DNA of 57,569 bases, the filler included, from Porpidia crustulata (taxonomy: Eukaryota), in NCBI GenBank assembly GCA_964255105.1. It is 4 parts of 4 records of this genome, joined end to end, with 100 filler letters (N's around TTAATTAATTAA, not from the genome) between each part and the next. Parts side by side here need not be neighbours in the genome. Positions count along the whole stretch, not along the records: positions 28,911 to 43,190 come from CAXUWE010000384.1; positions 43,291 to 57,569 come from CAXUWE010000385.1; 2 more parts are not named here. One strand, given 5' to 3'. Under the pieces are notes generated by a model that was given only the letters and a program-made list of their open reading frames with translations, did no database searches and was not told where the DNA came from. A program made the position numbers and the translations under genes. Below are positions 34,288 through 49,209 of the stretch, piece by piece (the first letter of the stretch is position 1; each line of letters starts with the position of its first letter).

Positions 34288-37200
34288 GAGACTCAAAGTC
34301 TTTGGGAAGGGGAGCAATGTACAGATTACTTGAGGATGTAGAAGCGGGAAGCGATGACTTCACGACGGGTTGTTAACCGACATCGACGCAACTACGGAAG
34401 CAACTGGAAACAATTTCTTGCCATCGGTCTAGATATTCAATAACTTGGCCCCTGAAACCAATCTGCAGATGGGCTCGGTCGGCGTAAGTGAAGGCTTCGC
34501 ATCTACGCCAGTGATTCATCCCTAGATTAACCAGTGATCCTATTCACCGTTAACCATTTTTCCCGTACGGCGACAAAGTCCACTGCCTTTTCAATGTAGT
34601 CACTGTACCTTCCGCAGAGCATAAGAGAATAGGTGGGACCAACAGAATCACTCGAAAGGATTATGTCCGTACAGGCCTGTCCATCAGTAGATACTTACCT
34701 AGATTTTGTGAAATGGACAGGTAAAGATGCTTAGCCGCTCTGTCTCTCCGCTTAGCGATACCCTCTTTGTGATCTCCCTCTGCACTAAGCTAAATTGCTG
34801 TCCTCATCGGCGAATCGGCAGCCTATCCTTCTAATGTGAGCATTGCAGAGGTCAAGTCTCATACGCTTTGGGGCATGTAGAGTTTTTATTTGGTCACGAC
34901 GGCATTTGCTACGTGAGATGTGCGGTCGAACGCTATATCGCCGTTGTGGACTGGGGTGTTGCTCTAGGTGATAGCGAGACTGATAGAGGAAATAGGTGCG
35001 AAGAGGGCGATGATTATGCCCACGTTACCAGCGAAGAAAGAAACTACTTACGCCGGCAAAAAGTGAGCGCCGAGAAGAGAGATGGAGTAAGTCGAAAACG
35101 AAAACTTTGTCTATCAATTAAAGAGCAGAGGCTTGTGGATGCAAGGCACGAAAATAACAAATGCTCGTATTTGAAGTCCTGCAAAGTTCACGATTCGTCC
35201 TTCAAGACAGAATCCCTCACCAATGATCCTTGAGTATCTACCAAAGACTGTATATACGCCGCACAGCACGGCGGCACGGTCTCGACAATGCTGATGTCCT
35301 TGATGCCGCCCACTTCCGGTTGGTTTCTCTAGGATCGCAGCACAACCACAATATTAATTGCGTGCTCGTCCACATATTGTCGGAGCTTCAACAAACGACT
35401 CTGGTTGGGTCGATATCAAACGTGGCGTAAGACGTACCTTGTAGGTCAGCCTACGATGGAGATATCAAGTACTGTTCAACAGTTTCAAGTGAGTAGCAGA
35501 GGAAACTTTGGAGTCTCAAAACGTCGCGACTGTAGATGACCGACATATTCCAATAGAGCACGACTGCGTGATTCCTATGGGTGTGCAGCATTTGGCCAAG
35601 CCCAACTCGTGCCGTTTCGCGTTGTAACTTGTAAGTAGAACGTGACCAGAGGAAGTAAGCGTTCAGGGGTCAAGCGTCATCAAATATGTTGAGGGGCAGA
35701 ACGTTCAAGATCCTTGCCTTGCTGCTGTAATCGTGTACGACTGTATGATGATTTAGGGTCTATCGCCTCAGGCTATAAAGGTTTCCCTATTATTATTGTA
35801 GAAGACGCAACCCTTAGAGGTGACGATCCTCAAGCAGATTTCAGTCAATTTGACGTCGATCTTGATATAATACGGCTGATCTGTGTTTGGCACTCGCGCA
35901 GTGGGTAACACAATCATGTCCAGATCCTTCATGATGACAATGCTGGCGCAATCATGCCATTCAACGCAGAGATTCTAGTAGATACACACGGGGGGCTTAC
36001 TGCCGCCTGATTGGGGTCTCTGGATCGCGAACCGTTGCCAAATCCGAAAGACCTATTAGCGATTCCCGGTTTTTTTGCCGTCTACCCTGGGTCAAGATGG
36101 CTGGAGCTGATGACAAAACGAATCACAGGGTCTATCACAGATAAGAAACATGATAGTTGTTGCTATGTAGGCCAATCAAGGGATAGAATTGATGGTATGA
36201 AAAGTACAACCTAAAAAGTAGGTATAGTGTACAATTGAGATGCTAGGATATTCGAGGACGAAAAGTTGCATGAAGGCTGACATCGAAAGCTTACCGTAAA
36301 ATCTGTTTGTGCAACTGCGACGCACGAGTGTACTCAACATGCCTGCAAACCCGTCAGACGTCGGGCTGTCTGGAGTAAGTTAGTGTCTACTACGCCATAA
36401 ATTCAGCTGTTATCAATCCTATGGGAAGCAGACAAGCTTCGGTTGCTGAATTACTGACGATCTTGGTTAAATTGTGGCTGCGGAGGTCGCCCCGCACGAA
36501 GAGGGCTATGTAGTACCTTCGATGTTATGGCAGTGCTATTCAAGGTACTGTGGCCAATAGAGATCCGCATTACAACGGTAAGGCGTTCGGCGGCATCAAA
36601 GAATAGCTCAGTAGGTAAAGTAGATCGGCGATGTAAAGTGTACATCGTCGATGGACCATATGCGGCATGGCCCATGGGGAACTCATGGTCTCGCCTACGA
36701 CCTGATTGGTATGACTTGCGTGATGGGATTGGTCACTGAGCCCTGGGACCCCCACCAGCGAGTTTATTGACCATGACCCCATGCAAAACCGAGGAGTCGA
36801 GATACCAAATGCAGCGTGGTACCTTAACAATCCACGCCCACCTGCCCAGTGCCTTAGGCTCGGGTATACGTCTGGTAAAACAACGAGACCACTATGGGAA
36901 CACAACTAGGGTCTAGAAAAGTCCGTTGGTTTTCATTCGAGCACTGATTGCATCGATCAAGTCGCAATTGTTGATTTACTTGCTGGCGTCACAGGGGAGC
37001 AAGAGGCCACCAATCTCAGGAGTTGGGCAGGTCAGGGTAGATTATTTAATAGTATGTCTTGCTCGGTGCATCAAGTTCTCGGTGGCAGTGGCCGAGTGTT
37101 CTTACATCTTGTCTGTTGTATGGTGGCAGAACGCGACAGAGAGAGACAGCGAGGTGGATCATAATTGAAGTGGATTTAAGCTTCACGCCTCCTTGGGAAA

Positions 37201-37569
37201 ACTGGGCGGTGAGGCTGGTGAGGTAAAACAAGTGAGGCTTATGGCTGTGGCAACAATAGGCGGGTTAGCCTGTTCGCTCCTAGCCGATCCCGTCATGCCC
37301 CGTGGCTAAAGAGTAAAAACAAGTATCGTTGGGTGCAATAAGTCATTGCAGTACTTGCACGGTATGCCCCTATCAAATTGCCGGAATGACTTATTTTCCC
37401 CGCTGTGCTCGTAAGTCGTGTCCCGATTATTAATTATTATATTGAAACTAAGGTAGGATAATGCAAACAGCCTATAGGTTGGGTCTAGACCCTGATTTCC
37501 CGTGGCTGTGGTAGCTTGCGAGCTTCCTTTCTATGATGACCGAGGATGACGCTACTCCCTTAGTTTGCT

Positions 37570-38091
37570 GATCGACGAACAACGCTAGTGAAGCCCTCAC
37601 GATCGGGACGGACAGCAGATCGACAATCTTCCTCAACATCGGATTTGATGACTTCCCCCCGATGCAAAATGGCCACATTATCCCGCCATGTTCACGATCC
37701 GGACAGAAAAGATCTGGAAGAGTCTAGCAGAGCGTATTGGGAGTGTCAGAGGGTGCACAAGACTCCTAGACCAGTAAGAGGAGACTGCTCCGTGCTCCGC
37801 TTCTCATCCTATTATTGGCTCTTACCAACCGATCCGACGCCGTGGAATTGTCATTCTTCATCGTGCGGAGCCTGAATTTGGCAAAATTGTGGCCATTTGC
37901 CTTGCTGTCGACATATTTTACACTCCGACTTCAGTGGATAGCAAACAGTGATTGATCTTCTCTATTCTCGCTCAACCGGACGAGTCACCGGACTGCTTGC
38001 GCTTCATAATTGTCCACTACGACGCTGTGAAGGACTGAGGTGGCATCGCCCCGATTGCACTCCTGCAACCCAGATCGGTGTGAGATCGATG
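37570..38091. promoter_or_regulatory. Candidate White Collar complex (LRE/Clock-box-like) sites upstream of frq
   Basis: GATCG/CGATC motifs at 37570, 37600, 37618, 37695, 37830, 38073 and 38084. Confidence 0.4.
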
Positions 38092-38500
38092 CTTCGCAAC
38101 TCAAACACCCGTTGTTGGTCATGTACCCGCTAGAAGGGCATGATTGTAGCGTCCCGGAGTATTGTTTCGTCCAAGGTTGCACCCACATTGCAAGCACAAG
38201 CTTGATGTTGAACCGGGTATAGCGAAGTCGTGAGCGCTGGGGAGATCCTATCAACCAATCCTATTCGCTTGTCCTTGTCGGAGCACTCTCCGCAGGCTGC
38301 CAATCCTTAGATGTGGTAAATATATCGGGGCATCAAAAACTTCAGAGGTAGCCTGCACCCCCGTCTGTCTACTTGCGCCCATCACCATCACCATCGCCAT
38401 CGTAATCGAGTTTTCTGGTTTCCCCTCAGATCAGCCTTTAGAATATATGCAACACGTTTGATGCCACAACCAAATCTCCCAACTACAAGTTGTCATCCCA

Positions 38501-41465
38501 ATGGACACCGCACAATCAAACACCAAGCGAAATCTGGCGAGCGACCGCCCTAATGCCGAAAGATGGTTCAACGAGAGCAACCGTAATCTTTCTGGCGTGG
38601 TCGACGCTACCTTCTCAGACGGTAAGTCCTACTGTGGCAATCGAATGAGCCCTTTCCAGTGGCTGATCAAGTCCAGATGATCCGCCGTTTTATCTCAAAC
38701 ATATTCCATTACCTTACTCCAATGATACACGTACAAAACATTCACATCAATTACTCCATCGTCGCGTTACCTCAGGCAAGCGTAACCTCCGAGCAGAACC
38801 AGCAGGCTCCCTAGGGGAGTCAAGCAAGAGCAACAGCGAAGAGTTCCGTGATGTGATCGACGATTTGACGATTCAAAACAAAAAGCTTAGAAGGCGGCTT
38901 AAGAAATACGAGGCGCCACACTGTTCCCATTTAGAAAAAGAGAAATTATTCGAAGTCAGGTTTCATGGTCTAGCGGCACACAAAAAACGCGAATTGGACG
39001 ATTTGTTGCGAGGTTTCGCGGCCAGTATTGAGGAACCGCCCGAAAAACCTGTGCTAAATGCCCCGGACCCTCAAACACTATCAGTGCCTCCTCCATTACC
39101 TCCACCGGCCATGAAGAAACCGGCGTCGTCCACCACCTCAAATTCCTTACCGATCGACTCTGCGTATGCTTCCATCTCGAATTCTGGGCAAACCCAAACC
39201 TCGAATTCACAAGTGAATGAAAGAGGCCCACCAACACAACCAGTTCAGACAGCCCAATCGAAGCAAGAAAATGTGAAATCATATCTGGATGATATGCCAC
39301 GTGGCTTGATGCCGAAGTACTCTCTCATCATGTCAGAGCGCTCGAAGCGAAAATTAATCGTGAGAAGACTAGAGGAACTTTTTGGTGGTAAAGGTGCTGC
39401 CAGCAGCGAACATAGCCAATCCCATCAGCAACAAGAAGTATCCCTATCAGCGGCCAAGGCGGACCAAGGTGCTTTGGGAGCAAGAGGTCGCCAGCCTCGA
39501 ATGGAAGGGTTACGAGAATCCAGGATCTCTACTGTTGACGCCGATGCGCTGACTGAACATATGAGCGACGCAAGCTTACAGTCGCGCAAGGAATCAATAG
39601 ACCGAGACGGATCGGCCTATCGTGATATTCAAGTAAGCCAAAATAGCACACCAGATCAACGCCCAACACGTCCTCTTGATTTGGATTTATATCGCGCCCA
39701 AGTGCCTGGAGATAACTTACAATACATTCGGCACCTTGGTTCTGCTTCGCCAACATCAAAGACGGACCCCTATACAAACACAGCGGACGGATGGGTCTAC
39801 CTCAACCTGTTGGTGAATATGGCGCAGCTGCACACCTTCAATGTTACGCCCGAATTCGTCAGGAAGTCGATAACGGACATCAGCACAAAGCTTGAGCTTT
39901 CCCCAGACGGTCGAAAGATTAGATGGAAAGGTAGCACTGAGGAGTCGAAAGCACGCTCCGACAGCGATAGCGGCATGGAGGATGAGAACGGTGGCTCGCT
40001 GGGGGAGGAAGGATCTCGCAGCCAGAAACGGCGCAAGCTCGGAGTAAGCAGTTGGGACACGCCAGGCCATGACCTTACAGCCGACTTGAGCGATTTGTCG
40101 CAGTGTTCAAGTATCAAATCGTCCGCCAATCTTGGGGGTAGCTCGAAATTGAGACCAGTCTTTCTTGGCCAAACGAATAATACTACCAAACTTTCCTACA
40201 AGCCGATATTCTTTCATGGTTCATCCTCCGAGGAGGAGGAAGATGACTGGTATGACGAAGGGTCTCCAAGTAATTTGGCAGACAATGATACCGGCGCAGA
40301 AATTACCTGCAATGGCCGACAAGATGGCCGAACGCGATTGAGTCGCGACCAGAAAGGTGAAACTGGACCAATCATCTTCTACAATAGACTCAATTTCTGT
40401 ACCGACTTGAGTAGGGACCTGAGGGCTGGCATTGAGGATTGCAGTGAACATTCAACTGGCTCACCTGAGCCCATTGGATTCATGAGGTCGAAACCGCAGT
40501 ACCGAGAGCGCCATGCAGAAGAATGCAAAGGACCTATAACAGGAGGTATTGTATTTTCAGACCAGATGGATCTCGATCATGATCGTTCAAGTATAATAAA
40601 ACCCCTTATAATATTTACAGGCACCGACAGCCAAAGCCATGCAACCGTTGAGCCCGTACAGATTAGCATGGAAGCTTCTGGGCTTGGCGGTATCCAACCT
40701 ACGGATCATTTCTTGGTTGAAGTACAGGTCCAGAACAAGACAATAGAGGAGCCAGATGTGCACAACAATTCATTTTATGGGGCTTCTCAAGCACAACCCC
40801 ACCGCCTACTTAACGGCGCCTCGTCCATTTCAGGCCGATCCAAGGTTTCCCTAGTTCAGAGCTCAATCATTTCGGTCAATACAAGACAGTTACGTCCATC
40901 GTCGCTACCTCCACCATCCTATATCCATCCGCAAGCCTCGTCATCCTTCAATACCGATGAGAGTAGTGTGAGTGAGACCCTATCGGAAAGTCAGACTGGC
41001 AGAAGAGCCTGGCCAAGTTCAACGGCAGAAGATGCTAGCCAGTCCGCTCAACCGAGCTCTTCTCTCAGCTCTTTTGGGAGAACCGGAGAAGAATCACCGT
41101 CTGGTTCCTCATCCGCCGTTCAATCAGATGATTCTTCAATTGACCTGCTCGCACATGCGCGAGAGCTTGACCCAGAAGCAATCGCCGCTCGAGAAAGGGA
41201 ATTTGAGCAAAGTAGACAGCAATTACTGGAAGCCCAAGCCGATAGTTCGGCAGCAACTGCAGGCGACGACAGCGGCAATGTCAGCGATGATTCAGTAATG
41301 GAGGAAGGAAGCAGTTCAAGCCAGGAGAAACGTTCGAGCGCGAAGCGCAAAAGGGTAGATGGGGATTCGTCTACCTCCCAGCGTCAACCGAGCCTAGAAA
41401 GAGATGGAAGCGACGGAGATGTGGATGCACGCTTTACATCTAGTGGAATGGAGGAGAGTGATTAG
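38501..41465 (+). CDS. frq: Circadian clock protein FREQUENCY; join(38501..38621,38677..41465), 969 aa
   Basis: WFNESNRN../DDPPFY, FRDVIDDLTIQNKKL coiled coil, KLFEVRFHGL..KKRELD, DSAYAS, KLIVRRLEELF, DQRPTRPLDLD, DGWVYLNLLVNMAQLH, KRRK NLS, EASGLGGIQPTDHF, Ser-rich tail. Frame checked across the intron. Confidence 0.95.
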
Positions 41466-41917
41466 TGCTGTCGTTGATCGATAGCAACGTCTGATTCCGC
41501 CGTAGGCGTAAGAGCGCTAAGGTAGCTAGGTCTTGTCATAGGATACATGAGCTACGATGAGTACACTTTGCTTCATGTTCCTTGAGCGAACATAATGGTA
41601 TTGCACTTGAATCATTTCACCTGCTCGAATCTTCACAGTGCTGTGTGTATTCTGTAAGGACTCGAGGACTTCGGGCGTGTGGCGAGCTTATATTGCCGTC
41701 CTGCGCTACCGGCGTATCACGTATTTCCCCACCAAATCATGACTGCTAAATACTAAGCAAACCTACAGTCCAAGTCGAAGCTGGAGTCTCAGCTATGGTT
41801 TCCAATGTTAACTTCGTGGTACTTCGAGAGCCTTTCCGAGGCACCGACCCATCCTTCAAACACAGTCCAACATCGGGGTGACCCTACTTCTTGCCAAGGC
41901 GCAGTCGCCCCATCAGA

Positions 41918-43190
41918 ATGCCCTCGACAAGTAGAGTCTGTCTCCGTGCTGCGTCGCAACGAAGCAAGGTATTCGACCAGTCTTTCTACTTCCAGTTCCA
42001 AGCTGACAAGTCTCATTAGGGTGCTCCAATTTTTGTCCGTAGCTTCACCTGCTCGTCCAGACACTATGCCATCGACAAAATCATCCCCTCGGCCGCTGTC
42101 GCAATCGCAGATATGCAGTCACACTCCACACTCCTCGCCGGCGGTTTTGGGCTTTGCGGTGTGCCTGATACCCTGATCAACACCGTCCACGCCAATCCCT
42201 CCATAAGCGGCCTCACGGTTGTCTCCAATAATGCAGGCATCGAAGGCTCCGGCCTCGGCCTACTCTTGGCTTCGAAACAGATCAAGAAGATGATCGCAAG
42301 CTATGTTGGTGAGAACAAAGTCTTCGAGCGCATGTACTTGAGCGGGGACATTGAGCTTGAACTGACACCCCAGGGGACCCTGGCGGAGAGATGTCGAGCC
42401 GGTGGAGCAGGAATTCCTGCCTTCTACACGCCGGCGGCATTTGGTACGGTGGTGCAGACTGGTGAATTGCCATTACGGCATAACAGTGATGGGACGGTGA
42501 GGGAGTACGGAGCCCCGAGGGACGTAAAGGTTTTCAAAGGGAAGAGCTACGTGATGGAGGAAGCGATAGCTGGAGACTATGCATTTGTGAAAGCGTGGAA
42601 GGCGGATCGGCTGGGGAATTGTCAATTCAGATTCGCCGCGGCAAATTTCAACGGGGTAATGGGTCGGAATTCGCAACACACAATAGTGGAGGCGGAGCAC
42701 ATTGTAGAGCCAGGAGAAATTGATCCTGCGGCCGTGCACCTCCCCGGGATATATGTCAAGAAGGTGATTCAAAGCACGGTGGAAAAGAAGATTGAAAAAT
42801 ACACGCACCGAAAAGACGAAGTTGACGGCTCGAACATGTCTGCTCTCGGCAAGGGTGACACCGCCAGCAAAAGGGAGAGAATCGTCCGACGCGCGGCCAA
42901 AGAGTTCAAGAACGGCATGTACGCCAATCTCGGCATCGGCATGCCCATGCTCGCGCCATCCTTTGTCGACCCTTCGGTCGAGGTGCAACTGCAATCCGAG
43001 AACGGTATTATAGGGCTGGGACCGTACCCGCGCCGAGGCGAAGAAGACGCCGACCTCATCAACGCCGGCAAAGAAACCGTGACCTTGCTACCGGGCGCCA
43101 GCTGCTTCGGCAGCGATGAGAGCTTCGGCATGATCCGAGCCGGCCGCATCGATCTCACCATCCTCGGTGCCATGCAGGTTAGCGCAACCG
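41918..43190 (+). CDS. Mitochondrial succinyl-CoA:3-ketoacid CoA transferase (SCOT), 3' truncated; join(41918..41968,42020..>43190)
   Basis: Arg/Ser-rich presequence; [29 protein letters not shown], catalytic QSENG. Confidence 0.95.
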
Positions 43191-43290
43191 NNNNNNNNNN
43201 NNNNNNNNNNNNNNNNNNNNNNNNNNNNNNNNNNTTAATTAATTAANNNNNNNNNNNNNNNNNNNNNNNNNNNNNNNNNNNNNNNNNNNN
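43191..43290. other. Artificial contig spacer
   Basis: N44-TTAATTAATTAA-N44. Confidence 0.98.
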
Positions 43291-44103
43291 GGTGAGGGTC
43301 GAGTTTGGGGGTTTGAGGGATGTGGATGCGTGGGGTGGGTGTTTTGTTGATTGATGATTTGTGGCGGAGAAGGGTTGAGGGGATTTGGAGAGCTAATAGT
43401 AAATATACGAAATCTGTTATCGTGGTGGAGGATTAGATTGTTTGATACGCTTCTGGGGTAGGATATTCAGGAGTAAACACTAAAGTTCTTCGACAAGAAT
43501 AGACCAGTAAGTGTTTTTTCATGTTAAAGATTTGTATGGTTCTAGATGAGTGTTGAGCAGAATCAATCTGTAGACGTGCTGTTGTTGTAGTGGGAGGATT
43601 CTTTTCTAAAAGCTCGGAGAAGATGAAAAGGAATACATCTGCTTCTATTGCAATGACGGAGTAATGGAACATAACTCAGGGCGCATCGTTCACTGGTCCT
43701 TGGGACGTTCTATATGGAATGTTGTACTCGTCACTCTTGTGCCGTAGCATAGAGTCCCACGACTCGCCTTTTAGTTGGTTGTAGGATTCGAAGATTCGGG
43801 GTCGAGAATGTCCAGTCTAATGGGAGTAGACTGCTGATGTTTTCTAGTATTCGCCACTCATCTTCAAGTTAGGAGGCGTCAGGCTGTGTGGCGAGGAAGT
43901 GAGAAACTTCGGCTGCCGTAAGTGAGAACAGGAGATTCGAAGGTGTAGACACTATATAGAGCGCTGGAAAGAGCGTCCTTTGTTCTCGAGCATTCGTGAC
44001 AGGGTTAGCCTGCGTCATTATGGTTCGCTTTCCAAGTTATGGACTCTCAAGTCCAGTCAAGAGGCTCTACGCTCGATGAGAAACGTTGCTTTTCCGAGCA
44101 CAG

Positions 44104-44583
44104 TCATCTAGCGCTTTTCGCCGGCCTAATTGCCAATTCCTCTGGCCAGTCAAAGGTTTCCCTGTTCGCGACGGCAATATCGAAAGCCCGTCGGCGTCCA
44201 ATCTTCACTCTGCCGCCATATGGATGTGTCGCAGTCGCGCAGTTGTCAACCACGATTCCAGCCATCTCGGCGATCAAAGCCAGGCTAAACTGGTCCTCGA
44301 CCATATCCTGCTGCGCGACCACCGCCACCGTACAGTCGCCCGAGGTCCATTTCTTGAGGACCCAGTCTTCAGTGCTAGTCCAGGTTCGTGGTATGTTGTA
44401 ATCGGGTCCACGGATGAGTTGCATGACGGTGGTCACGCAATCAAGTTCGGGAACCGGGGCGAGATGGGCCCCTCGGTTCCAGCAGAAGGGCATGATTAAC
44501 TGAATCGCGGAGGTTGAATTGATGGGGGACGCAGATGTGAGAAGAAGAATATACGAGGTGAGAAGAAGGATCGGTTTGAACAT
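44104..44583 (-). CDS. Small secreted protein (159 aa, 4 Cys), effector-like
   Basis: aaaATG start; signal peptide MFKPILLLTSYILLLTSASP; C..DC..W.SGDC..IVVDNC...YGG pattern; intronless. Confidence 0.8.
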   Translation of the reverse strand: MFKPILLLTSYILLLTSASPINSTSAIQLIMPFCWNRGAHLAPVPELDCVTTVMQLIRGPDYNIPRTWTSTEDWVLKKWTSGDCTVAVVAQQDMVEDQFSLALIAEMAGIVVDNCATATHPYGGRVKIGRRRAFDIAVANRETFDWPEELAIRPAKSAR

Positions 44584-45311
44584 TTTCTGAGTCTGTGTTG
44601 CGAAGCCTAGACCGGCACCCGAGATGATAGAACGAGGGAGCGCGTGAAGCAAAGTTGTCAAGGAAAGGAACTGGAAGTTGTTTATGCGTCTAGCTGGACA
44701 TATCGCTTATAAGGCTGCGGATATATCACAGTCTTGTAAGTTCAAACCTGTCAATCCTCCTGCATAGAGATGAAACACAAGAAGTCCGAGTATGACCTTT
44801 CTGCTTGTGCGCCAGTGACGGAAATAACACCTTGTCAACGAGAAATTAATAGTCAGCTGCACCGTTGTCTACACATGCCAAGTTCAAGTACTTGACATGG
44901 CCAATGAGATAATGCTCTGCTCATGATACATTTCCTCTCTTTGAGCTCGAAGACTGATTATATTGTGGTACAATCCGATTGGCTTCTGACCTTCCTCATG
45001 AGACGCTGAAGATCGACTGTTTTTGCTGGATTGAAAAGAATCTGCTGTTATGTAGTAAACGAAGTAGTAAATACTTATCGAAACCAACACTCACCTCGTC
45101 CCTTGGACATTCTGGTCTGGACCTCCATCCATAAGAGATGTGAAAACCTGTACGCATAGACACAACACTTTCTGATTTTTTCCTGCTGGTTGAGCAGACA
45201 AAATCGCGAACAACTGATCTTACCGCGATAGCCGCAATCGATAAACCCATCTCCTTAACCCCGAATTAACCCCCGAGTATCCCACTTCAATACCCCCAAC
45301 TAAACCACAAC

Positions 45312-46130
45312 ATGGCAGCAGCTTGTATATTCTGCAAAATCGTCAAAGGTACATACAGACACCCATTTTCGTTCACGCCAAGCCCTTTGACGTCCATTGC
45401 CCTCGCCATCCCAGCTAACATCAATCACACAGGTGACATCCCTTCCTTCAAGCTCTTCGAAAGCGAGCGCATCCTCGCCTTCCTCGACATCCAACCTCTA
45501 AGCTACGGCCATGCTGTCTGTCCCTCCCTCTCCTTCATTTTTCCTCGTCTAGCGGATCTCCTCCCGTCAATAGAAATAAGCAGTCTTGTAATTAACATAT
45601 ACAACGCATCCGTAGCTCGTGGTCCCCAAACATCACGGCGCCAAGCTGACGGACATTCCCGACGAGGCATTAGCGGAGATTCTGGTACGAGTTCCCTCCG
45701 TTTTCTTATTCGTGTAAGCTGTTTGGGGGGGTTTGCATAAGGTCCGGTTATGCTGATGTCGGGCGGCATCCCGTGAATCTAGCCGTGCGCGAAGAAACTG
45801 GTGAGGGCAACCGGGGCGGAGAATTACAATCTCCTGCAGAATAATGGGAGGATAGCGCACCAGGAGGTTGATCACGTAGGTTCTCTGCGCGTCTGTTGCA
45901 ATATTGAGTGATAATATCAAGAGGGCTAATCCTCAGGGCTGCAGGTGCATTTCCACATGGTGAGTCGGCTACCACGAAGCTCATTTGCTGAGAGGGAGTC
46001 GGACTTGCTTAATGTGCCGTAGATTCCGAAACCTAATGTCGAGGAGGGCTTGAGTATGAGTTGGCCGGCAAAACCGACGGACATGGACAAGCTGAAATCG
46101 CTGTTCAATGAATACAAGTCGAAGATGTAA
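45312..46130 (+). CDS. HNT1: HIT-family adenosine 5'-monophosphoramidase, 6 exons
   Basis: CIFCKIVK/GDIPS..AFLDIQPLSYGHA/LVVPKHH..QNNGRIAHQEVDH/VHFHM/IPKP histidine triad; TAA at 46128-46130. Confidence 0.93.
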
Positions 46131-46251
46131 AGGGTCTTGCGTTTTGGCTGCAGCTATCAAGGCATAGCACATCTGATCGTGTCCTCATCCCTCATTCTAC
46201 AATGAGATTTCCACAAGTTGACTATGTACATATTGTATTTGTGTACACCGT

Positions 46252-48119
<1,868 letters not shown>

Positions 48120-48448
48120 GTAGCGCTTTGCTCAGGAGAAGGAATGAACAGCAGAAGCTCGCAGTTTAGGTTGAGTAGGAGGAGAAGCTTAGAAGAGAAA
48201 TCGTAGAATAGAGAATACAGTAATCATACTGAAATTGAGGTATGGTAAAGGTTGTAAGCACACCACTACAATTGACATAAAAGCGTCATCCCGGGTGCCG
48301 GTGGAACTGTAGAGCGGGGAAACTTTAGCCGGCTGCCGGCTTTCGACAGGGTCTTAAGATGTAAACGCCGGAAATTGAGGACGACCACAGGATAGACCAT
48401 CCACCAAAGTCACCAGAAGGCCTTTCTATTTGATAGTCCCGGTGCAAC

Positions 48449-49209
48449 ATGGAAGCCGCCACCACCAAAAGATCGACCTCCGCCTCGCGCAACCGACCCT
48501 CCTCACGACCCACAACCCCACTGCGCCCAAGCTCGCGAACCTCCCTCAGAGACAGTCAAGGCTTCACCCCCGGCAGCAGCTCCTCAGACTTCCCCCTCGA
48601 GTCGCTGGAACCCGCATTCGCCGAGCTCTCGGACTCAATGGCAGATCTGGAAGCAAACTTCATGCACCTGCAATTGATGCACGAGAGCTTGTCACGGTTC
48701 AACGAGAGCTTCGCAAGTTTCTTGTACGGGCTCAACATGAACGCTTTCTGCGTGGATTTCCCGGAGGCGCCGGTTGCCGAATCTTTCAAACGTACCGCGC
48801 AGAATGAAGAGAAACATGGTATATCCCATTGCGCCGTCGGATGAACTTGGGCTCGAACTAATTTTCAATACCATCAGGCTTATCCACAGATCATAACCGA
48901 TCTCACCCCGACTTCGATGGCGAAACCACATTCATGTACGTTCCAAACTCGCTCCCCATTCGATCTCCCCCTCACCAAGCTTCACCACCCAGGACCACCG
49001 ATACCTCCTTCGTAGAGAACCCCCCCGCATCCTCAAAAGCCACGCCAAATTTCTCCACCCCGGTGTCAACGTCCCGCTCTAGCGTCGGACCCAACAAGCG
49101 CGGTGGTGGAGAGCAGGGACCGGGTGTCAGAGGCGGTGCCACTCGTGGCATAGGACGAGGAGCGCGAGGGAGTGGGCTCGCTAGAGCTAAGCCGCGAGGT
49201 GCCAGGTGA
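48449..49209 (+). CDS. DAM1: DASH/Dam1 kinetochore complex subunit Dam1, 3 exons
   Basis: RPTTPLRP, ELSDSMADLEANFMHLQLMHESLSRFNESFASFLYGLNMNAFCVDFPEAP, TTDTSFVENP. Confidence 0.93.

Noticed and set aside
34691..34800. ATACTTACCT suggesting the U1 snRNA 5' end
   Set aside because: No convincing U1 stem-loops or Sm site follow; more simply a minus-strand donor-like motif or chance.
28212..41465. Clock-controlled luminescence locus (Luz homolog plus frq)
   Set aside because: Different contigs, adjacent only through size sorting; no luciferin pathway genes seen.
41476..41482. GATCGAT after the frq stop as an antisense qrf promoter element
   Set aside because: A single short motif is expected by chance; needs stranded RNA data.
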